From: Chitinivibrionales bacterium
GTDB lineage: Bacteria > Fibrobacterota > Chitinivibrionia > Chitinivibrionales > WJKA01
NCBI GenBank assembly: GCA_038247415.1
Contig: JBBRUX010000018.1
Coordinates: forward strand, 1 to 64,000
DNA length: 64,000 nt
Reading direction: 5' to 3'
In this document: in pieces, positions 20,845-30,417 of the stretch
Layout: every line of letters starts with the position of its first letter
Numbering within the stretch: the stretch's first letter is position 1
Notes under the pieces: model-generated
Told to the model about the DNA's origin: nothing
The model's input: only the letters and a program-made list of their open reading frames with translations
The model's database searches: none
Program-made: the position numbers and the translations under genes

Positions 20845-21828
20845 TTACCGTGCAGAGTGTGTTTTCCCAAAAGCCAGATATTCTTGTATATACTCTTCGA
20901 TAGAAGCTTCGAGATGTAAACATTCATGCGTGCACCCCGCTAAGCGCAGCTTAGTCAATGTTGCTGTGGTGGTGTATTGATATTGTTTTCGCAAAGACTC
21001 GGGCATTTCTATATACTCAATCCTGCCATCGGACTTATGAGCCGCTTTAAACATGGCATGTGCAAGGTCATTCCAGCTCCGGGCGCGCCCGGTTCCTATG
21101 TTGTAAATACCATGGGCATCGGTATTAGATAAAAACCACAGCACCATGGCAATAGCATCTTTAACATAAATAAAATCACGATTTTGTTCTCCATCTCGAT
21201 AATCGAGTCGATACGATTTAAACAGCGTAATGATTCCTTCATCGCGAACACGAGAATATGCTTTTGCAATAACGCTTTGCATCTCGCCCTTATGATATTC
21301 CCCCGGACCAAAAACATTAAAGAATTTTAGACCCACGATGTGCCCAAGCCAGCCTCTGCGGAAAGCAACCTGATCGAAAAGGTGCTTAGAATATCCATAC
21401 ATATTAAGTGGTCGCAACATATCGAGCTTCGATTCATCGTCGTCATATCCATGCTCTCCATTTCCATACGTTGCAGCACTTGACGCATAGATAAAACGTA
21501 CCGATTGATGCATCTCCCACCACCGCGCCATCCGAAGCGTATACCGGTAATTATTCTCCATCAAATAATCTGCGTTTTTTTCGGTTGTAGCACTGCAGGC
21601 ACCAAAATGCACAATTGCTGTTATCGAATCATCGTACATCCGAGACTCTAATCGTGTCAAGAAAGTGTCTTTATCGATATAATCCAGAAACGAAAGCCCA
21701 ACAAGATTCTTCCATTTATCAGAACTTCCCAAATGGTCAACTATCAAAATATCGCAAATTCCCGCTTTATTAAGCTCCCATACGCAGCAGCTTCCAATAA
21801 ACCCTGCCCCACCCGTTACAACAACCAT
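20845..21828 (-). CDS. rfaD: ADP-L-glycero-D-manno-heptose 6-epimerase
   Basis: TGGAGFIGS, HFGACSATTE, YASSAATYG, YGYSK, FNVFGPGEYHKGEM, RDFIYVKD. Confidence 0.97.
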   Translation of the reverse strand: MVVVTGGAGFIGSCCVWELNKAGICDILIVDHLGSSDKWKNLVGLSFLDYIDKDTFLTRLESRMYDDSITAIVHFGACSATTEKNADYLMENNYRYTLRMARWWEMHQSVRFIYASSAATYGNGEHGYDDDESKLDMLRPLNMYGYSKHLFDQVAFRRGWLGHIVGLKFFNVFGPGEYHKGEMQSVIAKAYSRVRDEGIITLFKSYRLDYRDGEQNRDFIYVKDAIAMVLWFLSNTDAHGIYNIGTGRARSWNDLAHAMFKAAHKSDGRIEYIEMPESLRKQYQYTTTATLTKLRLAGCTHECLHLEASIEEYIQEYLAFGKTHSAR

Positions 21829-22080
21829 TTTGTACTCCTTGGAATATACTCCTATTGCCGTGCTGAAACCACCACTTCTACCCAGTGGCTATCCCATTCC
21901 ACTGTATATGAATATACCTCATTGGCGGCTTTTCTTATGGCTTTGGGCCAGAATGTAAATTATTCTAACCATGTTCAAAGCATGGGCCATTTCCATCGAC
22001 CAGGTTGTGTTCGATTGGTATCTATTTTTTAGAACTTAGAACTCTGTAACTTATTGTAAAATCAAAGCAGGACAACGTCA

Positions 22081-22845
22081 ATGACTGTAACAAAAACAAG
22101 CCTTGAACCAGTTTGCATCAGATGTAAATCCGTGCTCCATACTTCGCAGGATAGGTGCACAGTGTGCGGATCCCTTGCATATCCTCAGGTGAGCCAACTC
22201 TCGCCAGACCACACATTTTCTCAAATGCCGTGGGAAAAAGCATCGCAGATAGGTATACTCAAAGCTTTTTGGCAAACTATTCGTTCTTCGCTCTTCCACC
22301 CAAAAACTTTTTTTAAGCATATTCGCCGTTCAGAAGATACAACCCAAGCCCTGCTCTTTGCACTCATGATAGGCTCTCTGGGCATCCTTATTAATACTAT
22401 GTGGACCTCGCTGGCGATCACAAGCGTTTCTCAAAGCTTTGGAAGCATCCTTTCGCCGGGGGATTCTGCTGGCATTTCGGGGCTTTTGTACTACCCCCTT
22501 TTCGAAATTTGTCAGCTCACCCTACTCACCGGTTATTGCCATCTCATGCTGCGCCTTACAGGAAGTAAAGATATTAAATTCTCGGGGAGCTTTCGCGTCG
22601 TCTGTTATGCTCAATCTGCGATAGTGCTTTCGATCATTCCCCTTATTGGGGGATATATCCTCTCACCTATCCTTATGGTGTACCTGTGCGCTCAAGGATT
22701 GCACCATGCACATGGCGTTTCCAGAACAAAAGCGCTCCTCATTCAAATTATTCCCATAATTATTATAGGGATATTATTCCTTTTTCTCACCGCACTTTTG
22801 ATGATTGGTACTATTGGTGCTGACATTTTTAAAGCTTTATGGTAA
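22081..22845 (+). CDS. YIP1-family membrane protein with N-terminal zinc ribbon
   Basis: CxxC...CxxC; PWE...AFWQTI...PKTFF; about 5 TM. Confidence 0.8.
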   Translation: MTVTKTSLEPVCIRCKSVLHTSQDRCTVCGSLAYPQVSQLSPDHTFSQMPWEKASQIGILKAFWQTIRSSLFHPKTFFKHIRRSEDTTQALLFALMIGSLGILINTMWTSLAITSVSQSFGSILSPGDSAGISGLLYYPLFEICQLTLLTGYCHLMLRLTGSKDIKFSGSFRVVCYAQSAIVLSIIPLIGGYILSPILMVYLCAQGLHHAHGVSRTKALLIQIIPIIIIGILFLFLTALLMIGTIGADIFKALW

Positions 22846-22888
22846 ACTATCCGATAGATATACTAACAGCTCATCAATGGAAACAATC

Positions 22889-23149
22889 ATGGCAAATACA
22901 ATAAAAATGCTTTTGGATGTCGAAATGCCCATTTCAGTGCAACTTGGGCAAACGAGTATGACACTCAAGGAGCTCTTGGCGCTCAAAAAGGGGTGTCTTG
23001 TTCAACTTAAAAGAATGGCTGGTGAGCCTATAGATGCCTTTATGCAAGGAAAGCTCCTTGCAAAAGGCGAAATTACAGTAGTAGACGATAAGCTTTCGAT
23101 CCGAATAGGATCTTTATACGGAGAAAAAGAGCGCTTTAAGCACCTGTAA
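22889..23149 (+). CDS. fliN: Flagellar motor switch protein FliN (SpoA domain)
   Basis: LLDVEMPISVQLG, LKKGCLVQL, AGEPID, AKGEITVVDD. Confidence 0.88.
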   Translation: MANTIKMLLDVEMPISVQLGQTSMTLKELLALKKGCLVQLKRMAGEPIDAFMQGKLLAKGEITVVDDKLSIRIGSLYGEKERFKHL

Positions 23150-23163
23150 ATAGCTCACATGCT

Positions 23164-25119
23164 CTATTTGCGTTGCAGAGGGAGCAGTATCGATGTTCCT
23201 ACCTGCTGAGGGTTTAAACCACTTCGATTTAGTGTACTTTGAGCATCCCCCACTAACCGTCCATCTACGCGATACAGTAAAGCCTTGGGAGCATACCCGA
23301 TCGTCCTTGTTTCGGTGCGCTGCAACGAAAACACCAACTTTTTTGACACCTGCCTCTTTGGAAAAGCCATTTCCTTATTCTTGCCATACTCAATAGAGGT
23401 AACGGGGCCACCAATAAGCCCTGCAATTGCCAAGGTCTTCATATAATGCCCTTTATCAACCTTCTGAAAAGGCCCACACAAAGGCAGCGTTGTCGGGTAT
23501 GACAAAAGCGCAAAATCGAGGGTCAGTGAATCAAAGCTCGAACAAGGCAAGGTAAAAAATGTATCTCGGGGGAGAAGGCTGACTGTCAACTTTGCTGTAT
23601 CAACCAGTATGGTATCAAAATATACTGTTCGTGGAGTATCAACGACGCTAAACTGAATGGGTTTATTCTGCGTAAAGGTATTAAATTTCTGATAGAGATT
23701 ATACACTTTTCCAGAGTCTGGCTCGGCGCGTAATTCATATCCATTGTTCCGATAAAAAATATTATTGTACACTTTCCAATTAAAGACATTTGCAGGCTGA
23801 CCCATGACACGTCCATCTGGTTTCTGCAGATACAATCCAAAGGTACCATTTTTTGCCATCAAATTATTCACAACGGTAACATTAGAAGCATCAACACCAA
23901 AAACTGCTGCCTTGGTGTTATTCACAAATACATTATTATCAATAAGCAAGGGTCCAAAACCCAATTCTACAAAGAGCGCGTTATCCTTATTGCCATAAAA
24001 AAGGTTCCGGCAGATCCGTGCATTTTTCCATTCGGAATCTACCCATACTCCGTATGCATAATTATTTCGAACCACATTTTCGGCAAAAACACCATCTGTG
24101 AACCTATGAACCTTAAAACCCGCATTTTCCACTACGTCAATTTGGTCGATGTTGTTTCGTTCAATAATATTGCCAATAACCTGAGTTCCGCAAGAGCTCA
24201 TGGCGGCCATACCAGACACCCCATTGTCACACACAATGTTATTGCGAATGATATGATACCCTACACCTAATGGGGCTTTTTGCGTACCCTCATTATCAAG
24301 CCCACCCTCATTGCCAAAATCGATTCCAGTGCTTTTTGCGTACCTGACAACATTGTTCTCGATGAGCCAATGGTTCCCACTTCGACAACCAAGCAAGCCC
24401 GCTTGAGCATTGGCAGCAACAGCATCAAACATCCCGGGATACTGATTTGACCCGTGTTCTATAACAAATCCCTTGACAGTAATATAGGAAAGTCCACGGA
24501 TATGCGGGGCAAATACGCGCGAACGAGCAGAAATTTCCACACATGCAGTGGCAGGAGAAGTGCCATCGGGAAAATGAATGACAAGCTCATCGGTAAGAGA
24601 ATCATGGTACCAGCTCTTTTTAAGCCCCGGTAAACGCGAACCAATAGTTTCTGATAAGTATATACCATTAACAAATATTTGACCAAGGGTCAAAGTTTTA
24701 GCTCCAGCACTAACCATATGATAAGGATTATAGCTCCCAAATAGTGCAGAATCCAATTTCCCACGGTAGATATTCTTTGCAGAGTCTTCGGTTGTCCACA
24801 CGGGCTTAAAAACCTCAGACCCCCTAATGTAAACAGTATCAGATCCCAATGTGAGCCCTAAATAGGTAACGGGTTGTATTGCAGTTCCAGACCGAGCTGG
24901 AGCAACACGCTCACGATAAATTCCGGGCATTACCACGACAGTATCTCCAGGCTGCGCATAGAGTGCGCCCATACTGATAGTTTTAAAGGGGAGCGTTTGG
25001 GTAGCGTCACCAGCATCTGTGGCAGTTGGATCATTCTGATCGATTGTATAGGTACGAGCAGAAAGCGATGATACTGCGACGAACATGAGAGCAAGAAGAG
25101 TGGGCACCAAACATTTCAT
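23164..25119 (-). CDS. Secreted right-handed beta-helix protein (DUF1565-like start), putative polysaccharide-active
   Basis: Signal peptide; PFKTIS, PGDTVVVMPGIYRE; Asn-ladder repeats; C-terminal YRVDGR tail; ATG 25119 with AAGGA. Confidence 0.85.
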   Translation of the reverse strand: MKCLVPTLLALMFVAVSSLSARTYTIDQNDPTATDAGDATQTLPFKTISMGALYAQPGDTVVVMPGIYRERVAPARSGTAIQPVTYLGLTLGSDTVYIRGSEVFKPVWTTEDSAKNIYRGKLDSALFGSYNPYHMVSAGAKTLTLGQIFVNGIYLSETIGSRLPGLKKSWYHDSLTDELVIHFPDGTSPATACVEISARSRVFAPHIRGLSYITVKGFVIEHGSNQYPGMFDAVAANAQAGLLGCRSGNHWLIENNVVRYAKSTGIDFGNEGGLDNEGTQKAPLGVGYHIIRNNIVCDNGVSGMAAMSSCGTQVIGNIIERNNIDQIDVVENAGFKVHRFTDGVFAENVVRNNYAYGVWVDSEWKNARICRNLFYGNKDNALFVELGFGPLLIDNNVFVNNTKAAVFGVDASNVTVVNNLMAKNGTFGLYLQKPDGRVMGQPANVFNWKVYNNIFYRNNGYELRAEPDSGKVYNLYQKFNTFTQNKPIQFSVVDTPRTVYFDTILVDTAKLTVSLLPRDTFFTLPCSSFDSLTLDFALLSYPTTLPLCGPFQKVDKGHYMKTLAIAGLIGGPVTSIEYGKNKEMAFPKRQVSKKLVFSLQRTETRTIGYAPKALLYRVDGRLVGDAQSTLNRSGLNPQQVGTSILLPLQRK

Positions 25120-25369
25120 ACTGGCATCCTTTAATGAGGAAGAAAATGTATGCGCACAAAGATTGAACGTCCGCATTCACCCAAACCAACTAATCAGAAA
25201 ATCAGCAATAATATAATCAACAAAATTGGGATTATGAAGATCTCAGGAGAAAAAATGTTGAATTTTATTTTTTACATGCACAAAGTTTCAGAGGGAAGCG
25301 ATCTTGTGCGCATAGCGATACTGTTCTAGACATATGCAACACGAATCAATTTCATACAATCAGAATCGT

Positions 25370-25471
25370 GGCGTCACGGTGTACACGTCGGCCCACCTTA
25401 CGTGCTCCACCACGTCGGGAGCCGCCGCGGAACACCCGAAGGGTATGGGCGACGGCAAAGCCGGAACGCCC
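25370..25471 (-). repeat. GC-rich multi-stem palindromic element (structured RNA or REP-like repeat)
   Basis: Closing stem 25370-79/25461-70 and two inner stems; G.U wobbles work on minus strand only. Confidence 0.55.
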
Positions 25472-25507
25472 TGAATCTTCCGTAAACTGTCAATTAAAAC
25501 ACATAGG

Positions 25508-26641
25508 TTAAAAACCATACTGAAGGCTCAATCTAATAGGACTTAGCGCAAGATCGTCAAATCGCAAGGCATAATCAAGGCTTAGATGCTTATACACAAC
25601 AGAAGCCCCCAGGGTAAAAACCGCGTTCGAAAATCCGACTCTTACACCAACCATGTCAAAAAAGAACGCTTCTAGTCCACCATGAACGGTATTCTGATAC
25701 GCAGCACTTGAATCAGCCCCTACGGCATCGGGATTATCGCCAAATTGCCTTTTAAGAGCAAAAGACACGAGCCATCGAGCGTGCAACAAACCGCTCTCGT
25801 CAAGGTATGCGATACCATAATTCTGGTCAAGATGCAAAGGCTCTTCATACTGCGCTGGCGAATTTACCCATTTCATTGACGTTGGAAGGATATTACGCAG
25901 CGATACACCACATGTTAATTGACGCGAAACATTTTTATTTACAAAATCATAATCAAGACCAACTGCTGCCAACGCTCCAATATCTGCATTAACACCAAAA
26001 CCCATCCGCAGTATTCCCTTAGGATCAAGAGTTTGCCAGAACCCCTTAAGCGATGCCCCACACGATACTGTAATGGGCAAAGGGTAGCTTGCAAGAGTAT
26101 ACGATCTATCTGAATTAATGCGAAATAAGCGGGCAACGCTTATAACAACTTCATGTTGATTATTGCTAAAAACGCTTTCCACAGAACCATTCGCGCGCAG
26201 AGAGGGATTTACCAATCGCTGGGAATAGGTTTCTGGCAGCGAATCCGAATAGACTATATCCCCGCTAAAAAAAGGCGCATAGCCTCCCCCTATCGTGATA
26301 TCCGACCCAATGGGAGCAACAGCCGACAAAAGGGCTTGCCGCGAAACTCCAAACAATAAGGCACCCTCTACCCCTACGTCAATACTTTTTGCAGAGCTAA
26401 GAACCGCAGGATTTATGAGAATTGATTGAGGACCCAAATAAAGTGCAACATCGGCATCTCCCATGCCACACGATCGGGCACCTGCGGGAATTCTCAAAAA
26501 ATCTCCCGTGTAAAGTATTGTATCAGCTCGAGTTTGAGAGAAAAGCTGCACAGGAACGGTAAGAACGCACAAGAAAGTAATAATGCAGGCAATTCTGTGC
26601 CTCCAAACGTCACTACCCAAAACGCTTCTGAGGGTTATCAT
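25508..26641 (-). CDS. PorV/PorQ-family outer-membrane beta-barrel
   Basis: DFLRIPAGARSCGMG, NPAVL; amphipathic strands; terminal Phe; TTG 26653 is an alternative start. Confidence 0.8.
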   Translation of the reverse strand: MITLRSVLGSDVWRHRIACIITFLCVLTVPVQLFSQTRADTILYTGDFLRIPAGARSCGMGDADVALYLGPQSILINPAVLSSAKSIDVGVEGALLFGVSRQALLSAVAPIGSDITIGGGYAPFFSGDIVYSDSLPETYSQRLVNPSLRANGSVESVFSNNQHEVVISVARLFRINSDRSYTLASYPLPITVSCGASLKGFWQTLDPKGILRMGFGVNADIGALAAVGLDYDFVNKNVSRQLTCGVSLRNILPTSMKWVNSPAQYEEPLHLDQNYGIAYLDESGLLHARWLVSFALKRQFGDNPDAVGADSSAAYQNTVHGGLEAFFFDMVGVRVGFSNAVFTLGASVVYKHLSLDYALRFDDLALSPIRLSLQYGF

Positions 26642-26645
26642 AGAT

Positions 26646-27572
26646 TCAATCAACCAGCAAGGCTTTTGGGAGGATACTGCCAGCAGGATTTACCGGAGAG
26701 CCATTTTTATGCACTTCATAATGTAAATGGGGTCCGGTAGATCTACCACTGGATCCCATATAGCCAATAAGCTCACCTCGTTTGACCACCTGGCCCATTA
26801 CTACCGCACTTTGCTGCAAATGTCCAAATAGCGTAACATAGGAGGTTCCCCGATGGTCGAGCACGACCACATTTCCAAATCCATTTTTAACACCAACATC
26901 TGCAACAATTGCATCCCCGGGTGCATGAATTGGGGTCCATTCTCTATTTGCAATATCCATTCCCGTATGAAAAGAGCTGAGCTCAAAAAAAGGATCGACC
27001 CGATAGCCAAATCCAGACGTTATCCTGCCCTCTGTAGGCATTGTGAGCGGACGCTGCAGCCAATAATCGTATTGACGCACGATATAATCTTGCATGCGCG
27101 TGAATGTTTCAGACTGCAAGGCAGCCTCACGCGAAAGAATTCGCACATTCGAGAGCACACTGTCTGCATGAGCAACCTTAGGGTCAGCAAGCGATGCACG
27201 AATAGACTCCTCGACACTTGGGGGACCACCAACCCCTGCCATCCGGATATCACTGCTAATAGAATTTAATCCAAAAGCCAGTCGCGTTTTATCTTCGAAT
27301 GAAATGAGCTCTGCCATTTTAGCTGCATAATAATTAGCTGCACGACGAAGGTAAACTGTTGACTCTAGCAGAATTGAATTGCGTTGTTTTTCGTACCGCA
27401 AACCATATTTTGCGAAAGCGTATGAAGTTCCTATGTACATGCACCGCGCAAGACCCAAACAGCCAAACAACCCAACAACCATGCAACAAACCCACAACCA
27501 ATGAGGCATGGTTACCTGTATTGGTTTTTTGCTACCAGAAGAATAAAGAATCGACCACTGTTTTTGCTTCAT
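26646..27572 (-). CDS. M23 family metallopeptidase
   Basis: N-terminal TM plus coiled coil; HTGMD, HLQ, STGPHLHYEV. Confidence 0.95.
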   Translation of the reverse strand: MKQKQWSILYSSGSKKPIQVTMPHWLWVCCMVVGLFGCLGLARCMYIGTSYAFAKYGLRYEKQRNSILLESTVYLRRAANYYAAKMAELISFEDKTRLAFGLNSISSDIRMAGVGGPPSVEESIRASLADPKVAHADSVLSNVRILSREAALQSETFTRMQDYIVRQYDYWLQRPLTMPTEGRITSGFGYRVDPFFELSSFHTGMDIANREWTPIHAPGDAIVADVGVKNGFGNVVVLDHRGTSYVTLFGHLQQSAVVMGQVVKRGELIGYMGSSGRSTGPHLHYEVHKNGSPVNPAGSILPKALLVD

Positions 27573-27613
27573 CAAACCTGTTTCATACTATATAAGAGCA
27601 TGTGTTAATAACA

Positions 27614-27651
27614 TGTGAATAATGATACTACTGATGACCAGGTAAAGTCAA
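27614..27651 (-). promoter_or_regulatory. sigma70-like promoter candidate for the M23 gene with adjacent DnaA-box-like 9-mer
   Basis: TTGACT-N18-TATCAT then TTATTCACA on minus strand. Confidence 0.35.
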
Positions 27652-27781
27652 GCCTGAGCATAGCCTAACCCACAGTGGATTAAGCCCCCAAGACTAAAAG
27701 CATTCCACACTACGCCCAAAACATCAAAGTATTTTAAGATACTCTATGGATCGGTTTAGGAAAAGGTTGAGGGAGATTAAA

Positions 27782-28303
27782 ATGGAACCACATGGCCAAA
27801 TTCAGCTCTACCTAGGCAATGGCAAAGGAAAAACAACTGCTGCTGTTGGACTAGCACTACGATCTCTTGGACACGGCAAAAAGGTTGTTTTCGCTCAATT
27901 CCTTAAAAATCAGCCTACTGGTGAAATGATCGCCTTTCAGCACTTTAAGGCTCACATTACTTTCAAGCAATTCGGAACGGGCGAATTTATCCTAAAAACA
28001 CCAACTCAGCACGATATTGAATGGGCTCAAAAAGGCCTTTTATTCATCTTGGATGCAATAAAAAATGTATCAATCGATGTGGTGATCCTTGACGAAATTC
28101 TTGATGCTTTAGAATTAAGCCTTTTAAGCCTCAAAGAAGTTCAGAGCATATTTTTGGCAAAACATGCTCATGTAGAACTCGTTTTAACAGGCAGAAATGC
28201 ACCGCAGGAAATTCTTGAACAAGCAAATCTCATTACCACTATGAGTTTAGTAAAGCATTATTTTGATTCAGGAATTCCTGCGCGAGCGGGTATCGAATTT
28301 TAA
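27782..28303 (+). CDS. cobO: Cob(I)yrinic acid a,c-diamide adenosyltransferase (CobO/BtuR)
   Basis: GNGKGKTTAAVGLALR, QFLK, ILDEI, ELVLTGR, KHYF...GIEF. Confidence 0.95.
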   Translation: MEPHGQIQLYLGNGKGKTTAAVGLALRSLGHGKKVVFAQFLKNQPTGEMIAFQHFKAHITFKQFGTGEFILKTPTQHDIEWAQKGLLFILDAIKNVSIDVVILDEILDALELSLLSLKEVQSIFLAKHAHVELVLTGRNAPQEILEQANLITTMSLVKHYFDSGIPARAGIEF

Positions 28304-28402
28304 TGCGAGATGCATTAAAATTCTTTGAAGGGTGAAACCCACCAATGAACGCTGCTTCATTTCGACAAGCTCAACGATCGGCGGGGAGCTTTCGGATGGA
28401 CA

Positions 28403-29581
28403 CTAGCAACACCCATACTCCTTATGCTTTGCCACAATCTGATCTGCAAGGACATCGAGGGCTTCAAAAACTGGGCCTTTGGGTTTTCCTTTACAAAGGA
28501 CTGGTGGTATAAGCTCCACATTAAGATTTGGTATTGCCTGTGACAAATGCTCAACTGCCTTTGTAGCCCACCCGTACGAACCTATGATACTCGCAACACG
28601 TAATTTTGGCCTGAGCTCATTTGCTAGAATAGTCGCATGCATCACATTTGGATGCGGTCCAATATGCACAGTGGGTGTACCAAGAACAATACTTGCGGCA
28701 TCCACAAGGGCAATTGCAAGTTTTCCCAAATCGGTAACCGATAAATCGAATTTAACCACCTTGACATCACGCATTGTCAATGCATCAACAAGATAATCGA
28801 CCATTATGCGTGTAGAATCGTGCATCGAAATAAAAGCAATAACCGTCTCGTTTTTAGGGGTATCAGAAATCCAGTCTTTATAAGCATCTATAATAAACTG
28901 CGGCCGACTGTAAACTTGCCCGTGGCTGGGGGCTATGAATCGAATCTCTTTACTTTCGATTTTCACAATATTTTTCTTAATGATAGCGCGAAAAGGCATC
29001 ATAATTTCGGCGTAATATCGTTTTGCGGCCTCGTATATCTGGCCCTCATCTTCAACAAATACCCCCGAAGCTGCAACATGCGCTCCAAAAAAATCGCACG
29101 TGAACCATATCTTTTCTTCTGGACAATATGTCGACATCGTTTCTGGCCAGTGAACCCAGGGTGTATAATGAAATTCGAGTGTTTTGCCGCCAAGATCTAA
29201 GAGCTCGCCATCTGTAACACATCGAATACGATCGGGATTTATTTCCAAGTGCTCTTCAAGCATTGGTTTACATTTAGGAGAGCACAAGACAATTGCTTGA
29301 GGGTACTGCGCTAAAACTGCAGGTACCGATCCAGAATGATCCTGTTCGGCATGCTGCACAATAACATAATCCAATACCACTACATCTGAAAGCTGTTCGA
29401 GAAACATTGCCGATTTAGAAGGATCAACAGAATCGATGAGAACTGTTTTGGACTGGCCTTTAACCAGATAGGCATTATAGCTTGTTCCGTCGGGAAGTGG
29501 AATAAGTGCATCAAAAAGACGACGTTCCCAATCAACAGCCCCTAAAAAGTAGATATCTTTGCATATTTCACGTGGTCGCAT
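28403..29581 (-). CDS. fprA: Flavodiiron protein, class A
   Basis: GTSYNAYL, HAEQDHSG, VHWPE, CDFFG, PSHG plus flavodoxin domain. Confidence 0.95.
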   Translation of the reverse strand: MRPREICKDIYFLGAVDWERRLFDALIPLPDGTSYNAYLVKGQSKTVLIDSVDPSKSAMFLEQLSDVVVLDYVIVQHAEQDHSGSVPAVLAQYPQAIVLCSPKCKPMLEEHLEINPDRIRCVTDGELLDLGGKTLEFHYTPWVHWPETMSTYCPEEKIWFTCDFFGAHVAASGVFVEDEGQIYEAAKRYYAEIMMPFRAIIKKNIVKIESKEIRFIAPSHGQVYSRPQFIIDAYKDWISDTPKNETVIAFISMHDSTRIMVDYLVDALTMRDVKVVKFDLSVTDLGKLAIALVDAASIVLGTPTVHIGPHPNVMHATILANELRPKLRVASIIGSYGWATKAVEHLSQAIPNLNVELIPPVLCKGKPKGPVFEALDVLADQIVAKHKEYGCC

Positions 29582-29673
29582 GAAGTTCTCCTCGTATATT
29601 TAAAATGGAATACTATAAAATAGGTTCATGAAGCGCTGCATTCAACCTCCCCATTCATTTCAAACAAGTGCGC

Positions 29674-30414
29674 TCAATTAAGTGTAAAAGTCACGCGATA
29701 GATATACCGGATTCGCTGTTTTTTACCATTGATTCGTGGCGGGGGGAAGCGCCACTTCGGCAAAACCATGGCAGTCTCTTGTGCAAACGATGCATGACCA
29801 AATGTTTTTGTAATTGTAAATGACTCCACAAGCCCACTCTCACTAATGACAAGATCCGCATCAACATATCCTTCTATATTTGCAGCTCGGGCAATTGCAG
29901 GATACAAAGGCTTAAGCTCACTTATCGGAGCAAAATTTACATTATCTAACGTAGCAGCTCCTGCAACACGAACAGGACTCGTCTCGCTACCTCCCCCACC
30001 CGCTCCCCTAGACGAAGATGCTATCGATGAACCACTGTTTTTCTGTACAGGCACACCGGCACCCTGATCTGCCGCAGTTGACTCTTGGGATATAAGCGTA
30101 TCTTCTTTGAGTTCCTGAGTGGGTACAAGTGCTTCTGAGATCGGCTTTGATACTTCTTTTATAGCTTCTGAGTGTGTTGTAGATGCCGTGCTTGATGATG
30201 GCGCGCTTTGCGCAACTGTTGGGCTACTTTCCGAAACCTCGGCGGGCAGGGACACAAGCGTTATAGTTGGCGCAAGAGATGCTGGCAATTTTTGAGGATG
30301 TAAACACACAAGGAAAAAAACTGCAAGAAGGCCATGGACAAGCAGCGATAGCCCAATAACTTTCCAATTGTCAAATTCATCAGAAGCGCAGTAAGGTTGT
30401 AAAGCTGTTGCCAT
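29674..30414 (-). CDS. tonB: TonB-family energy transducer
   Basis: TM with SLLVH; low-complexity linker; YPAIARAANIEG...KWRF. Confidence 0.88.
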   Translation of the reverse strand: MATALQPYCASDEFDNWKVIGLSLLVHGLLAVFFLVCLHPQKLPASLAPTITLVSLPAEVSESSPTVAQSAPSSSTASTTHSEAIKEVSKPISEALVPTQELKEDTLISQESTAADQGAGVPVQKNSGSSIASSSRGAGGGGSETSPVRVAGAATLDNVNFAPISELKPLYPAIARAANIEGYVDADLVISESGLVESFTITKTFGHASFAQETAMVLPKWRFPPPRINGKKQRIRYIYRVTFTLN

Positions 30415-30417
30415 ATT

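Noticed and set aside
21979..21994. sigma-54-like TGGCCC-N5-TTGA on the minus strand upstream of rfaD (coordinates given in minus direction)
   Set aside because: The -12 dinucleotide is GA and not the near-invariant GC.
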